From a virus: a stretch of DNA of 64,000 nucleotides. A program made the translations under genes and the position numbers. The notes under the pieces are model-generated. The model was not told the origin of the DNA. It did not search any database and worked only from the letters and a program-made list of their open reading frames with translations. This document shows positions 10,225 through 17,461 of this stretch, in pieces (within the stretch, counting starts at the first letter, position 1; each line of letters starts with the position of its first letter). The DNA lies in IMG/VR virus record IMGVR_UViG_3300022934_000003, one strand, 5' to 3'.

Positions 10225-11538
10225 ATGACACAGTCGAACTATCAAGCACTTGTGGAAAAGTGGGGCCCAATCCTTGAGCACGAATCTTTTTCACCTATTA
10301 AGGATCAGCACAAACGTGCTGTGACAGCAACAATCCTTGAGAACACCGAGAAGGCACTTGCCGAATCTGGTGATACTCAAGTTAACATGAGCTCTCTTTT
10401 AACAGAGTCTCCAACTAACGACGTAGGTTCAGATGGTGGATTTACTGCAGGCGCTACTGCAGCTGGTCCAGGTGCTGGTTACGATCCAGTACTTATTTCT
10501 CTAGTACGTCGTGCTATGCCAAATCTAATTGCATACGATATCGCGGGTGTCCAGCCAATGACTGGTCCTACTGGCCTTATTTTTGCAATGCGTTCACGTT
10601 ACACTAACCAAGCTGGCGGCGAAGCTTTCTATAACGAAGCAGACACCGACTTCTCAGGTACTGGTACACAAGCTGGTAACCTTGGTCAAGCTAATACTGA
10701 TGCAATCACTACTGGTACTGGTATGTCTACAGCAGATGCTGAAGATTTAGGTGATGGTGGTACATTTGCTGAAATGGCTTTCACTATTGAGAAAGTTACT
10801 GTATCAGCTAAATCAAGAGCTCTTAAAGCTGAGTACACTACTGAGCTAGCTCAGGATCTTAAAGCGGTTCACGGCTTGGATGCTGAGACTGAATTATCAA
10901 ATATTCTTCAGTCTGAAATCCTAGTTGAGATTAACCGTGAATTAGTAAGAACTATCTACACTAATGCTGTAGTTGGTGCTGCTGATACTGCTACTGCAGG
11001 TACATTTGATCTTGACGTTGATGCAAACGGTAGATGGTCAGTTGAGAAGTTCAAGGGACTTATGTTCCAAATTGAACAAGAAGCTAACGCGATCGCTAAA
11101 GCTACTCGTAGAGGAAAGGGTAACATCGTCTTGTGTTCATCAGACGTTGCTTCAGCTCTACAAATGGCTGGTGTATTGGATTACACTCCTGCTCTTAACA
11201 GCAACAACCTAGAAGTTGATGATACTGGTAATACTTTTGCTGGTGTTCTTAACGGTCGTTACAGAGTGTACATCGATCCATATGCTGGTGCAAACTATCT
11301 AGTAGTTGGTTATAAGGGTTCATCTGCTTTTGATGCAGGTCTATTCTATTGCCCATACGTTCCATTACAAATGGTTAGAGCAGTTGGTGAGAATAGTTTC
11401 CAGCCGAAAATTGGTTTCAAAACTCGTTACGGTATGGTTTCTAATCCATTCGCTCAAGGCGCTACTCAAGGTCTTGGTGCTCTTACTGATGATACTAACG
11501 TATACTACAGAAGAGTTAAGGTATCTAACTTATTCTAA
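10225..11538 (+). CDS. major capsid protein (gp23)
   Basis: DPVLISLVRRAMPNLIA, GVQPMTGPTGLIFAMR, KSRALKAEY, FQPKIGFKTRYG. Confidence 0.98.
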   Translation: MTQSNYQALVEKWGPILEHESFSPIKDQHKRAVTATILENTEKALAESGDTQVNMSSLLTESPTNDVGSDGGFTAGATAAGPGAGYDPVLISLVRRAMPNLIAYDIAGVQPMTGPTGLIFAMRSRYTNQAGGEAFYNEADTDFSGTGTQAGNLGQANTDAITTGTGMSTADAEDLGDGGTFAEMAFTIEKVTVSAKSRALKAEYTTELAQDLKAVHGLDAETELSNILQSEILVEINRELVRTIYTNAVVGAADTATAGTFDLDVDANGRWSVEKFKGLMFQIEQEANAIAKATRRGKGNIVLCSSDVASALQMAGVLDYTPALNSNNLEVDDTGNTFAGVLNGRYRVYIDPYAGANYLVVGYKGSSAFDAGLFYCPYVPLQMVRAVGENSFQPKIGFKTRYGMVSNPFAQGATQGLGALTDDTNVYYRRVKVSNLF

Positions 11539-11560
11539 GAATAAAGGTACTACAAAACTT

Positions 11561-11588
11561 AAAGGGAGTCGAAAGGCTCCCTTTTTTT
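11561..11588 (+). terminator. intrinsic terminator after gp23
   Basis: AAAGGGAGTC-GAAA-GGCTCCCTTT hairpin running into a T tract. Confidence 0.9.
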
Positions 11589-11631
11589 ATGTAATATATC
11601 TAAAGGTATATTAATTTTATACTTAAAAAAG

Positions 11632-11672
11632 TATAAATAATAGTTGACATGGACGTAAAAATGTATTATAAT
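11632..11672 (+). promoter_or_regulatory. tandem late (TATAAATA 11632-11639) and sigma70/early (TTGACA 11644-11649, 17 bp, TATAAT 11667-11672) promoters for dsrA
   Basis: Both consensus elements are exact; SD AAGGAG precedes the ATG at 11704. Confidence 0.85.
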
Positions 11673-11703
11673 AAAGTATAGTGCATTTATAATAAGGAGA
11701 ATT

Positions 11704-13008
11704 ATGCCAGAACTATATAACACACCCAACCTTGATGAGTTGGAAAAAGGACCTTGGCCTTCCTTTGTAACAGGCCTAAAACGATTAGCACAGGACGATC
11801 ATGCCGGTGCAGCACAAGTTAGAGATGTTTTAGCAACACTTGAAACATCTTATGTAACTAAAAAAGGATATTGGAAAGGTGGTACTGTCGGTGTCGTAGG
11901 ATACGGTGGAGGAATTATTCCACGTTTCAACGAACTAAAAGACGAGAACGGTGACTACAAATTTAAAAATGCTGGAGAGTTTCATACTCTAAGAATACAA
12001 CCACCAGCAGGTATGCATTATACATCACAATTATTAAGAGATCTATCTGACATGTTTGTCGATAACGGTGGATCTGGATTGATTGCTTTTCATGGTCAAT
12101 CAGGTGATATTATGATGCAAGGAGCAGATGAAAAAGGTGTACAAAAGATTTTTAACGCGCTTAATGATTACGGTTTTGACCTTGGTGGTGCTGGTCCTGC
12201 TGTACGAACTGGAATGGCTTGTGTGGGAGCATCTCGCTGTGAGATGAGTAATGCTAATGAGCAAGGTATTCTAAGAACTTTAGTAAATGCTTTTCTTGAT
12301 GATATGCATAGACCTGCTCTTCCATATAAATTCAAATTTAAAGTATCAGGTTGTGCCAATGACTGTATGAACTCTATTGAAAGATCAGATATGTCAACAA
12401 TTGGTACATGGAGAGATGACATCAAGATTAACCAGAGATCATGGGTTAAGATGGTAGAAGACAAAGGAATGGAATATGTTAATGATAACATTATTTCTCG
12501 TTGTCCTACACAATGTATGTCAGTAGATACTAAATCATTAGAGTTATCAATTGATAATAAGAACTGTGTTAAGTGTATGCATTGTATGAATGTAACATCA
12601 CCTCTAACACATAAGTATAATGATATTGGTGATTTCTCTGGAATATTATCTCCAGGAGATGATAAAGGTGTAACTATCTCAGTAGGTGGTAAGAGAACTC
12701 TGAAGATTGGTGATCTATTTGGTACTGTAGTTATTCCTTTCCTTAAAGTAGATACTGCAGAGGATTACGAATACCTTGAAGAACTTGCTGGTGAAATGAT
12801 TGACTTCTTTGCAGAGAATGCATTGGAGCATGAAAGAACTGGAGAGATGATTGAAAGAATAGGTATTGTAAACTTCCTTGAAGGAATTGGATTGAATGTT
12901 GATCCTAATATGATCGAGTCCCCTCGTTATATGTCATATGTTCGTATGGACAAGTGGGATGAAGAAGCTACTAAATGGTTCGAGAATAAAGCCGAAAAAG
13001 TAGCATAA
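11704..13008 (+). CDS. dsrA: dissimilatory sulfite reductase alpha subunit, oxidative (reverse) type; auxiliary metabolic gene
   Basis: TPNLDELEKGPWPSFV N-terminus, YWKGG, FHTLRIQPPAG, CX5C (CVGASRC) and CX3C (GCANDC), YKFKFK, ferredoxin insert CPTQC..CVKCMHC, ERTGEMIER. Confidence 0.97.
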   Translation: MPELYNTPNLDELEKGPWPSFVTGLKRLAQDDHAGAAQVRDVLATLETSYVTKKGYWKGGTVGVVGYGGGIIPRFNELKDENGDYKFKNAGEFHTLRIQPPAGMHYTSQLLRDLSDMFVDNGGSGLIAFHGQSGDIMMQGADEKGVQKIFNALNDYGFDLGGAGPAVRTGMACVGASRCEMSNANEQGILRTLVNAFLDDMHRPALPYKFKFKVSGCANDCMNSIERSDMSTIGTWRDDIKINQRSWVKMVEDKGMEYVNDNIISRCPTQCMSVDTKSLELSIDNKNCVKCMHCMNVTSPLTHKYNDIGDFSGILSPGDDKGVTISVGGKRTLKIGDLFGTVVIPFLKVDTAEDYEYLEELAGEMIDFFAENALEHERTGEMIERIGIVNFLEGIGLNVDPNMIESPRYMSYVRMDKWDEEATKWFENKAEKVA

Positions 13009-13178
13009 TGAAAACTAATCAACGCCAAGCATTTGAATGGTGGGATAAGTTAAATATAAATCAGAAGGTTTGGTACGGACAAATGTTTCCTGAGTTTGCA
13101 AATAAATCACAATTAATTTATAGAGCATATCAGGAACATTTAGTAAGTACCAAATCACATCTTAGAATAGTAGAATAG
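13008..13178 (+). CDS. 56-aa hypothetical (MKTNQRQAFEWW...), not in the ORF track
   Basis: ATG overlaps the dsrA stop (TAATG coupling). Confidence 0.55.
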   Translation: MKTNQRQAFEWWDKLNINQKVWYGQMFPEFANKSQLIYRAYQEHLVSTKSHLRIVE

Positions 13179-13187
13179 GATTATATT

Positions 13188-13325
13188 ATGGAATATATTA
13201 TGAATAACCCAATGGTTTTATATGAATGGTTTGGAATGGGATTAGGACTGCTAGCAGCAGCATTTATTACACTTGGGCCGATCTATATATTTTGTAATTA
13301 CTTAGACGGTAAATACGACAAATAA
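13188..13325 (+). CDS. 45-aa single-pass membrane peptide
   Basis: SD AGGA; hydrophobic stretch WFGMGLGLLAAAFITLGPIYIF. Confidence 0.55.
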   Translation: MEYIMNNPMVLYEWFGMGLGLLAAAFITLGPIYIFCNYLDGKYDK

Positions 13326-13372
13326 ATTTAATATCTATATCTTAAGAGATATACGTTTTTCAATGATACGTA

Positions 13373-13380
13373 TATAAATA
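13373..13380 (+). promoter_or_regulatory. late promoter TATAAATA upstream of the micro-ORF/tusA/dsrC run
   Basis: Exact consensus in a non-coding gap. Confidence 0.7.
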
Positions 13381-13416
13381 AAATTACCACTATTTAATAT
13401 ACCACAGGAGGTTATA

Positions 13417-13503
13417 ATGAAGAAATACTTGGACCTATACTTGGCGAAATGCCCATTACCAAAAGCAATTCGTTACGTAAAAGCAAAGCTAAGCGAGTCG
13501 TAG
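13417..13503 (+). CDS. 28-aa peptide MKKYLDLYLAKCPLPKAIRYVKAKLSES with TusA-like LDx5CPLP motif
   Basis: Strong SD AGGAGG; first ORF after a late promoter. Confidence 0.45.
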   Translation: MKKYLDLYLAKCPLPKAIRYVKAKLSES

Positions 13504-13537
13504 AAAACGACTGGCGTAAAATGAAATTTCAAATTCA

Positions 13538-13663
13538 ATGATTCACATCTGTGGTTATTGTGGAAAAAGATTCTCTGATAAAAAACATAGTTCGCCTGAT
13601 GGAACAATATCATTCTGTTCCTACGAATGCAAAATTATCTGGAATTATAAAAAGAAAAAGTAA
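13538..13663 (+). CDS. 41-aa TRASH/YHS-like Cys metal-binding micro-protein
   Basis: MIHICGYCGKRF...FCSYECKIIW, i.e. CxxC-x18-CSxxC. Confidence 0.6.
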   Translation: MIHICGYCGKRFSDKKHSSPDGTISFCSYECKIIWNYKKKK

Positions 13664-13666
13664 ATA

Positions 13667-13828
13667 ATGTGGGCTTTAATATATTCCATTATTGTTATTG
13701 GAACTACGGAGCCTGTCGTGTATAGTTTAAGTAATTATCAAACATACGTTGAATGTTTTCATAGCATGAAAGTCCATTCAGCAAAATTAAGAAAAAACGA
13801 AGCTTTACACTGTATAATGATAAAATAA
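13667..13828 (+). CDS. 53-aa hypothetical with hydrophobic N-terminus and two Cys
   Basis: MWALIYSIIVIG...; fills the gap before tusA. Confidence 0.5.
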   Translation: MWALIYSIIVIGTTEPVVYSLSNYQTYVECFHSMKVHSAKLRKNEALHCIMIK

Positions 13829-13840
13829 CAAGGAGGTTAT

Positions 13841-14065
13841 ATGGCAGATGAAATCTTAGATGCCAAGGGACTTAATTGTCCACTCCCTATTCTTAAAACA
13901 AAGAAAGCAATTTCTAAACTAGAATCTGGTCAGACTTTAGAAGTACATTCTACTGATGCCGGTTCAGTTAAAGATATGGAAGCATTTTGTAATCAAACTG
14001 GTCACAAAATTATTTCAAACGAAGAAAATAATGGTGAGTATATATTCACTATTCAAAAAGCATAG
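13841..14065 (+). CDS. tusA: sulfur carrier protein TusA (SirA family)
   Basis: LDAKGLNCPLP motif, GQTLEV..TDAGSVKDM..FC..TGH; 74 aa. Confidence 0.95.
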   Translation: MADEILDAKGLNCPLPILKTKKAISKLESGQTLEVHSTDAGSVKDMEAFCNQTGHKIISNEENNGEYIFTIQKA

Positions 14066-14074
14066 GAGAAAATT

Positions 14075-14398
14075 ATGGCAGATGTATTAGGAGCACCAGT
14101 AGATGAAGAAGGTTTTTTAGTAAACCTTGGAGACTGGAAAAAAGAAATCGCTGAAGAAATGGCGAAAATGGAAGATGTAGAATTGACTGATGAGCATTGG
14201 GATGTTCTTAACTTTCTAAGAGAATATTATGAAGAATATCAAATCGCACCTGCGGTTCGTGTTTTGACTAAAGCAATTGCTAAGAAGATGGGTAAAGACA
14301 AAGGAAACAGTAAATACTTGTATAGTTTGTTCCCTTATGGTCCTGGTAAGCAGGGTTGTAAATTCGCAGGATTACCTAAACCAACTGGTTGTATTTAA
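14075..14398 (+). CDS. dsrC: DsrC sulfur-relay protein (two C-terminal Cys)
   Basis: DEEGFL, LTDEHW, YLYSLFPYGP, GCKFAGLPKPTGCI (CX10C). Confidence 0.95.
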   Translation: MADVLGAPVDEEGFLVNLGDWKKEIAEEMAKMEDVELTDEHWDVLNFLREYYEEYQIAPAVRVLTKAIAKKMGKDKGNSKYLYSLFPYGPGKQGCKFAGLPKPTGCI

Positions 14399-14715
14399 AT
14401 AGTAAAACTTTCACCACAACCACAGCGGGCCTTTTCGTTAGGATTAACAAATTCAAATCCTTCGTTAAGGCCTTCTTTCTTATAATCTAATGTAGATCCA
14501 AAGAAAACATTAGACCATTTCTTATTGATAGTAATTTCAATATCGTTATCTCTTATAATAACATCATCCTGATCAGACTGATTATTCCATTCTAATTGAT
14601 AGGCATAACCAGAACAACCAGTAGTTGAAACACCTACTCTTAAACCGGAATATTTGTTATTTGCTTTAAGAAGTTCTTTAATCTTCTCAGCTGCTTTGTT
14701 TGTTATTGTAATCAT
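14395..14715 (-). CDS. iscA: A-type Fe-S carrier IscA
   Basis: ITITNKAA, LRVGV.TTGCSG, NPNEKARCGCGESF. Confidence 0.94.
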   Translation of the reverse strand: MITITNKAAEKIKELLKANNKYSGLRVGVSTTGCSGYAYQLEWNNQSDQDDVIIRDNDIEITINKKWSNVFFGSTLDYKKEGLNEGFEFVNPNEKARCGCGESFTI

Positions 14716-15070
14716 TTATGGCACTCTTAATTGCATCTTCAGCTAAAACTGAACAATGAACTTTAACTGGTGGTAATGCTAAATCTTCAGCAATATCTGT
14801 ATTTTTGATTTGCTTTGCTTCATCTAAAGTTAAACCTTTAACCCACTCAGTAAGCAAAGAACTTGATGCGATTGCTGATCCACAACCATAAGTTTTAAAC
14901 TTGGCGTCTTCGATAATCCCATCTGGGGATACTTTTATTTGTAGCCTCATTACATCCCCACAAGCAGGAGCTCCTACCATTCCCGTGCCTACAGATGCAT
15001 CAGAGGTATCCATAGAACCTACATTACGTGGGTTCTCATAATGATCTAAAACTTTACCTGAATAAGCCAT
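14687..15070 (-). CDS. iscU: Fe-S scaffold IscU
   Basis: YSGKVLDHYENPRNVG, GAPACGDVM, FKTYGCGSAIAS, LPPVKVHCS. Confidence 0.97.
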   Translation of the reverse strand: MAYSGKVLDHYENPRNVGSMDTSDASVGTGMVGAPACGDVMRLQIKVSPDGIIEDAKFKTYGCGSAIASSSLLTEWVKGLTLDEAKQIKNTDIAEDLALPPVKVHCSVLAEDAIKSAINDYNNKQSS

Positions 15071-15092
15071 ATATTAACCTCCTGTAATATTG

Positions 15093-15106
15093 TTATTTAT
15101 AAATAA
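15093..15106. promoter_or_regulatory. palindromic back-to-back late promoters TTATTTATAAATAA
   Basis: TATAAATA on both strands between the divergent iscU and HExxH genes. Confidence 0.7.
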
Positions 15107-15110
15107 TATC

Positions 15111-15494
15111 ATGGTAAAAATCTTATTTTTACTAAGTTTATTTTTCTCTTCAATTGCATCTGCAATATCTGTATCGAAAGACAATTATGACTTAGCATAT
15201 TTCGGGCAAGACGCGAAAGTTATTCCTAAAAGGTCTGACTTTACGGTACATTTGTATGTTGCGTTAACTGATGAAGATATGCAAGCTTTATGGAAAGAAT
15301 TTAATAAAGATCCTGATAAAAAAAGTTGGCATGTAAAAGGATTTGCACTAGTAAACGAAGAAACGGCTAAATGTATTGTTGTTATTCCACCACCAAGTAG
15401 TTGGGATGATAGAGAAACATTAGCAATCCTTGGTCATGAAATACTTCATTGTACTGGAGCAGTTCATCCAAAACCTCTTGATGCTAACCAATAA
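15111..15494 (+). CDS. exported protein with HExxH metallopeptidase-like motif
   Basis: Signal-peptide-like MVKILFLLSLFFSSIASA; GHEILHC; likely start is the ATG at 15111. Confidence 0.6.
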   Translation: MVKILFLLSLFFSSIASAISVSKDNYDLAYFGQDAKVIPKRSDFTVHLYVALTDEDMQALWKEFNKDPDKKSWHVKGFALVNEETAKCIVVIPPPSSWDDRETLAILGHEILHCTGAVHPKPLDANQ

Positions 15495-15620
15495 TTCTTG
15501 GTCCGTTTAATATTTTTCCAAAAGTTTCAAAATATGTGCGGGCAACCATTTGATTATCCGCATTAGTTGTCATATCTCTTGGAATACCATCAATTAAAAT
15601 TTTAGCTTTCCAAATATACA

Positions 15621-15860
15621 TTATATTTCTTCTATACTAATTATTGTATTTTTGAGAATATCTTCGTATTCTCCTTTTTGTTTTTCTACAACTATTCTAT
15701 CACTTTGTTCGTTAACCCAATTAACAACAACTCCTTCGACAGATAATTCTTTACCAGTTTTCCAATGTTTAAATTTTACTTTTTGCATCTTTTTCGCAGT
15801 ATTTTTCTTGCTGTGTAAAAAAGTCTTCTTCTTCCCAATCTGGAGCTGAAGTAAATTCAA
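15621..15860 (-). CDS. small hypothetical (true start probably internal, MQKVKFKHW)
   Basis: Fits the - strand gene run. Confidence 0.45.
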   Translation of the reverse strand: MNLLQLQIGKKKTFLHSKKNTAKKMQKVKFKHWKTGKELSVEGVVVNWVNEQSDRIVVEKQKGEYEDILKNTIISIEEI

Positions 15861-16026
15861 TTATCTTTCCAGTTCTTCTACTATAAACTCCTTTATCAGT
15901 AACAACTATATTTTGATCAATATATAAAATTTCATCACCATAACTATCATCAAATGCATTTATAACCGTAGCTTCTGATGCAAATGATATTAGAAAAAAT
16001 AATGTTATAATAAAAAATTTATACAT
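15769..16026 (-). CDS. small secreted/membrane hypothetical
   Basis: N-terminal signal-like sequence. Confidence 0.5.
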   Translation of the reverse strand: MYKFFIITLFFLISFASEATVINAFDDSYGDEILYIDQNIVVTDKGVYSRRTGKIIEFTSAPDWEEEDFFTQQEKYCEKDAKSKI

Positions 16027-16030
16027 AAAA

Positions 16031-16147
16031 TTATTTATTTTTAACCCAATTTAAACTACACTTGGCACTACAAAAAAATATTTGTCTATCATACGTGTGA
16101 TAAACTGGGCTAAAAATTGTTTTATTACAAACGGCGCAATTATGCAT
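16031..16147 (-). CDS. 38-aa TRASH/YHS-like micro-protein MHNCAVCNKTIFSPVYHTYDRQIFFCSAKCSLNWVKNK
   Basis: Translated by hand; overlaps the stop of the upstream gene; CxxC...FCSxxC. Confidence 0.6.
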   Translation of the reverse strand: MHNCAVCNKTIFSPVYHTYDRQIFFCSAKCSLNWVKNK

Positions 16148-16427
16148 CTAATGCTGTTGTACTACTGCCCATAACAGCTTCTGCAAAAGACATAAATTCT
16201 TCGTTCTTAGCTGCTTCTTGAGCAAGGTTAGATGCATGAAAAATTCTTGCAAGTTTATTAAAGTCTTTTTTAGGAACTCCACAATCTTCAAGAACTTTAT
16301 CACCAATTGCTTTTTGATGATCTTTTTCTGCTTCAACTCTTGTCATAGAATTTGACATTTCTTGTAAAGCATCTTGAATTACTTTACGAGTATCAGGAGT
16401 AATAACCTGTGGTAACATTGTATCCAT
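16140..16427 (-). CDS. T4 DsbA-like double-stranded DNA-binding protein
   Basis: DCGVPKKDFNKLARIFH resembles T4 DsbA (ELGVDGKMFNRLLALYH, from recall); similar size. Confidence 0.7.
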   Translation of the reverse strand: MDTMLPQVITPDTRKVIQDALQEMSNSMTRVEAEKDHQKAIGDKVLEDCGVPKKDFNKLARIFHASNLAQEAAKNEEFMSFAEAVMGSSTTALDA

Positions 16428-16440
16428 AATATATTCCTTA

Positions 16441-16629
16441 TTATTTTGCCGCTTTACGAGCTGCTTTTGTTTCTGAAATTTCTTTTCTGCGAGCTTTTAC
16501 AGCGTTAGCCATTTCTTGAAGAGCTTTACGTGCTCTTGTACCAGCTGCACCATTGCCACCTTCAAATTTTTCGTTCTCCATAAGAAAAGTATCCATTGCT
16601 TCTTTTAAAGCGTTTGTTGTTTCACTCAT
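16441..16629 (-). CDS. histone H1-like Hc1 family protein
   Basis: GNGAAGTRARKAL motif; basic C-terminus. Confidence 0.75.
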   Translation of the reverse strand: MSETTNALKEAMDTFLMENEKFEGGNGAAGTRARKALQEMANAVKARRKEISETKAARKAAK

Positions 16630-16641
16630 TTTTTTCTCCGG

Positions 16642-17049
16642 TTAAAGCTCACCATCTTCACGCATTTTTGCACGAATTTTGGTTGCGCTAATATTGTGAA
16701 TTTCTTCACCCAAATCATGCTGAGTAAATGTATACCCAACACCTCTACCATAGCTAATATCGACAATATTTGGAACACAAATAATAATATATTCGTATCC
16801 ATTGCGATAGCCGTGTTTTTCTAATGCCTTTTCGATGTTTTCTACTACAATAATTTCACCAAAAGGATTATCAGTTTGTGCACAAGTTCTGCCATCACCA
16901 GCATCACCATCATAATTGTAAACGTCTCGAACCATAATACACACTTGACCAGTTTCTTCCATAGCTTTTTTAAATAAAGCTGTGTGACCGTCATGCCAAG
17001 GTTGCCAACGTCCTAACATTTGTGCTGTAGGTTTTTTATAATCAAACAT
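16642..17049 (-). CDS. HxGH (HIGH-superfamily) nucleotidyltransferase
   Basis: LGRWQPWHDGH and C-terminal ISATKIR. Confidence 0.8.
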   Translation of the reverse strand: MFDYKKPTAQMLGRWQPWHDGHTALFKKAMEETGQVCIMVRDVYNYDGDAGDGRTCAQTDNPFGEIIVVENIEKALEKHGYRNGYEYIIICVPNIVDISYGRGVGYTFTQHDLGEEIHNISATKIRAKMREDGEL

Positions 17050-17461
17050 TAATTAACCTCTTAATAGTATTTGACAATTCTTTAATCTCTTCATCTGTTA
17101 AATGAGAGTCTACTTTAAATGTAATATGCTCAGGAGGTTGAAACATTTGATTAGTATCTTCAAATCTTCCTTCTTTAATAGTATCTACCCAAATAACAAG
17201 ATCTGCATCAAATTCATGTCGCGTCTTTTTAGTTGGACAAACAAAATCGCATATTACTAATCTTCCATTTTCTTTTTCATAATCTGCTATATTACGCATT
17301 CGTTTAGATTGTCGATCTCTTCCTTCTAAACTAAAATCCCAATCATTTGCTTGAGAGCGAATTTTATCTGCATTAAACCATGCACAATCTAAATTTTTTT
17401 GTAATCGTTGAGCCAGATGAGTTTTACCTGCTCCAGGTAGACCCATTACCAAAATTTTCAT
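17042..17461 (-). CDS. cysC: adenylylsulfate (APS) kinase-like P-loop kinase
   Basis: GLPGAGKT, NADKIR, DFSLEGRDRQ, DFVCP, FQPPE. Confidence 0.75.
   Translation of the reverse strand: MKILVMGLPGAGKTHLAQRLQKNLDCAWFNADKIRSQANDWDFSLEGRDRQSKRMRNIADYEKENGRLVICDFVCPTKKTRHEFDADLVIWVDTIKEGRFEDTNQMFQPPEHITFKVDSHLTDEEIKELSNTIKRLINV

Noticed and set aside
2470-12491. Antisense and overlapping ORFs within structural genes and dsrA
   Set aside because: They lie on or opposite well-supported genes and have no recognisable motifs
14075-14398. Calling this TusE/RspA instead of DsrC
   Set aside because: Both C-terminal cysteines (CX10C) are present, which is the DsrC signature
11704-15070. dsr/isc genes as host contamination or a prophage junction
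   Set aside because: They are interleaved with phage micro-ORFs, flanked by phage late and early promoters, similarly AT-rich, and lack host operon order (no dsrB after dsrA, no iscS/hscBA); no integrase or att site seen
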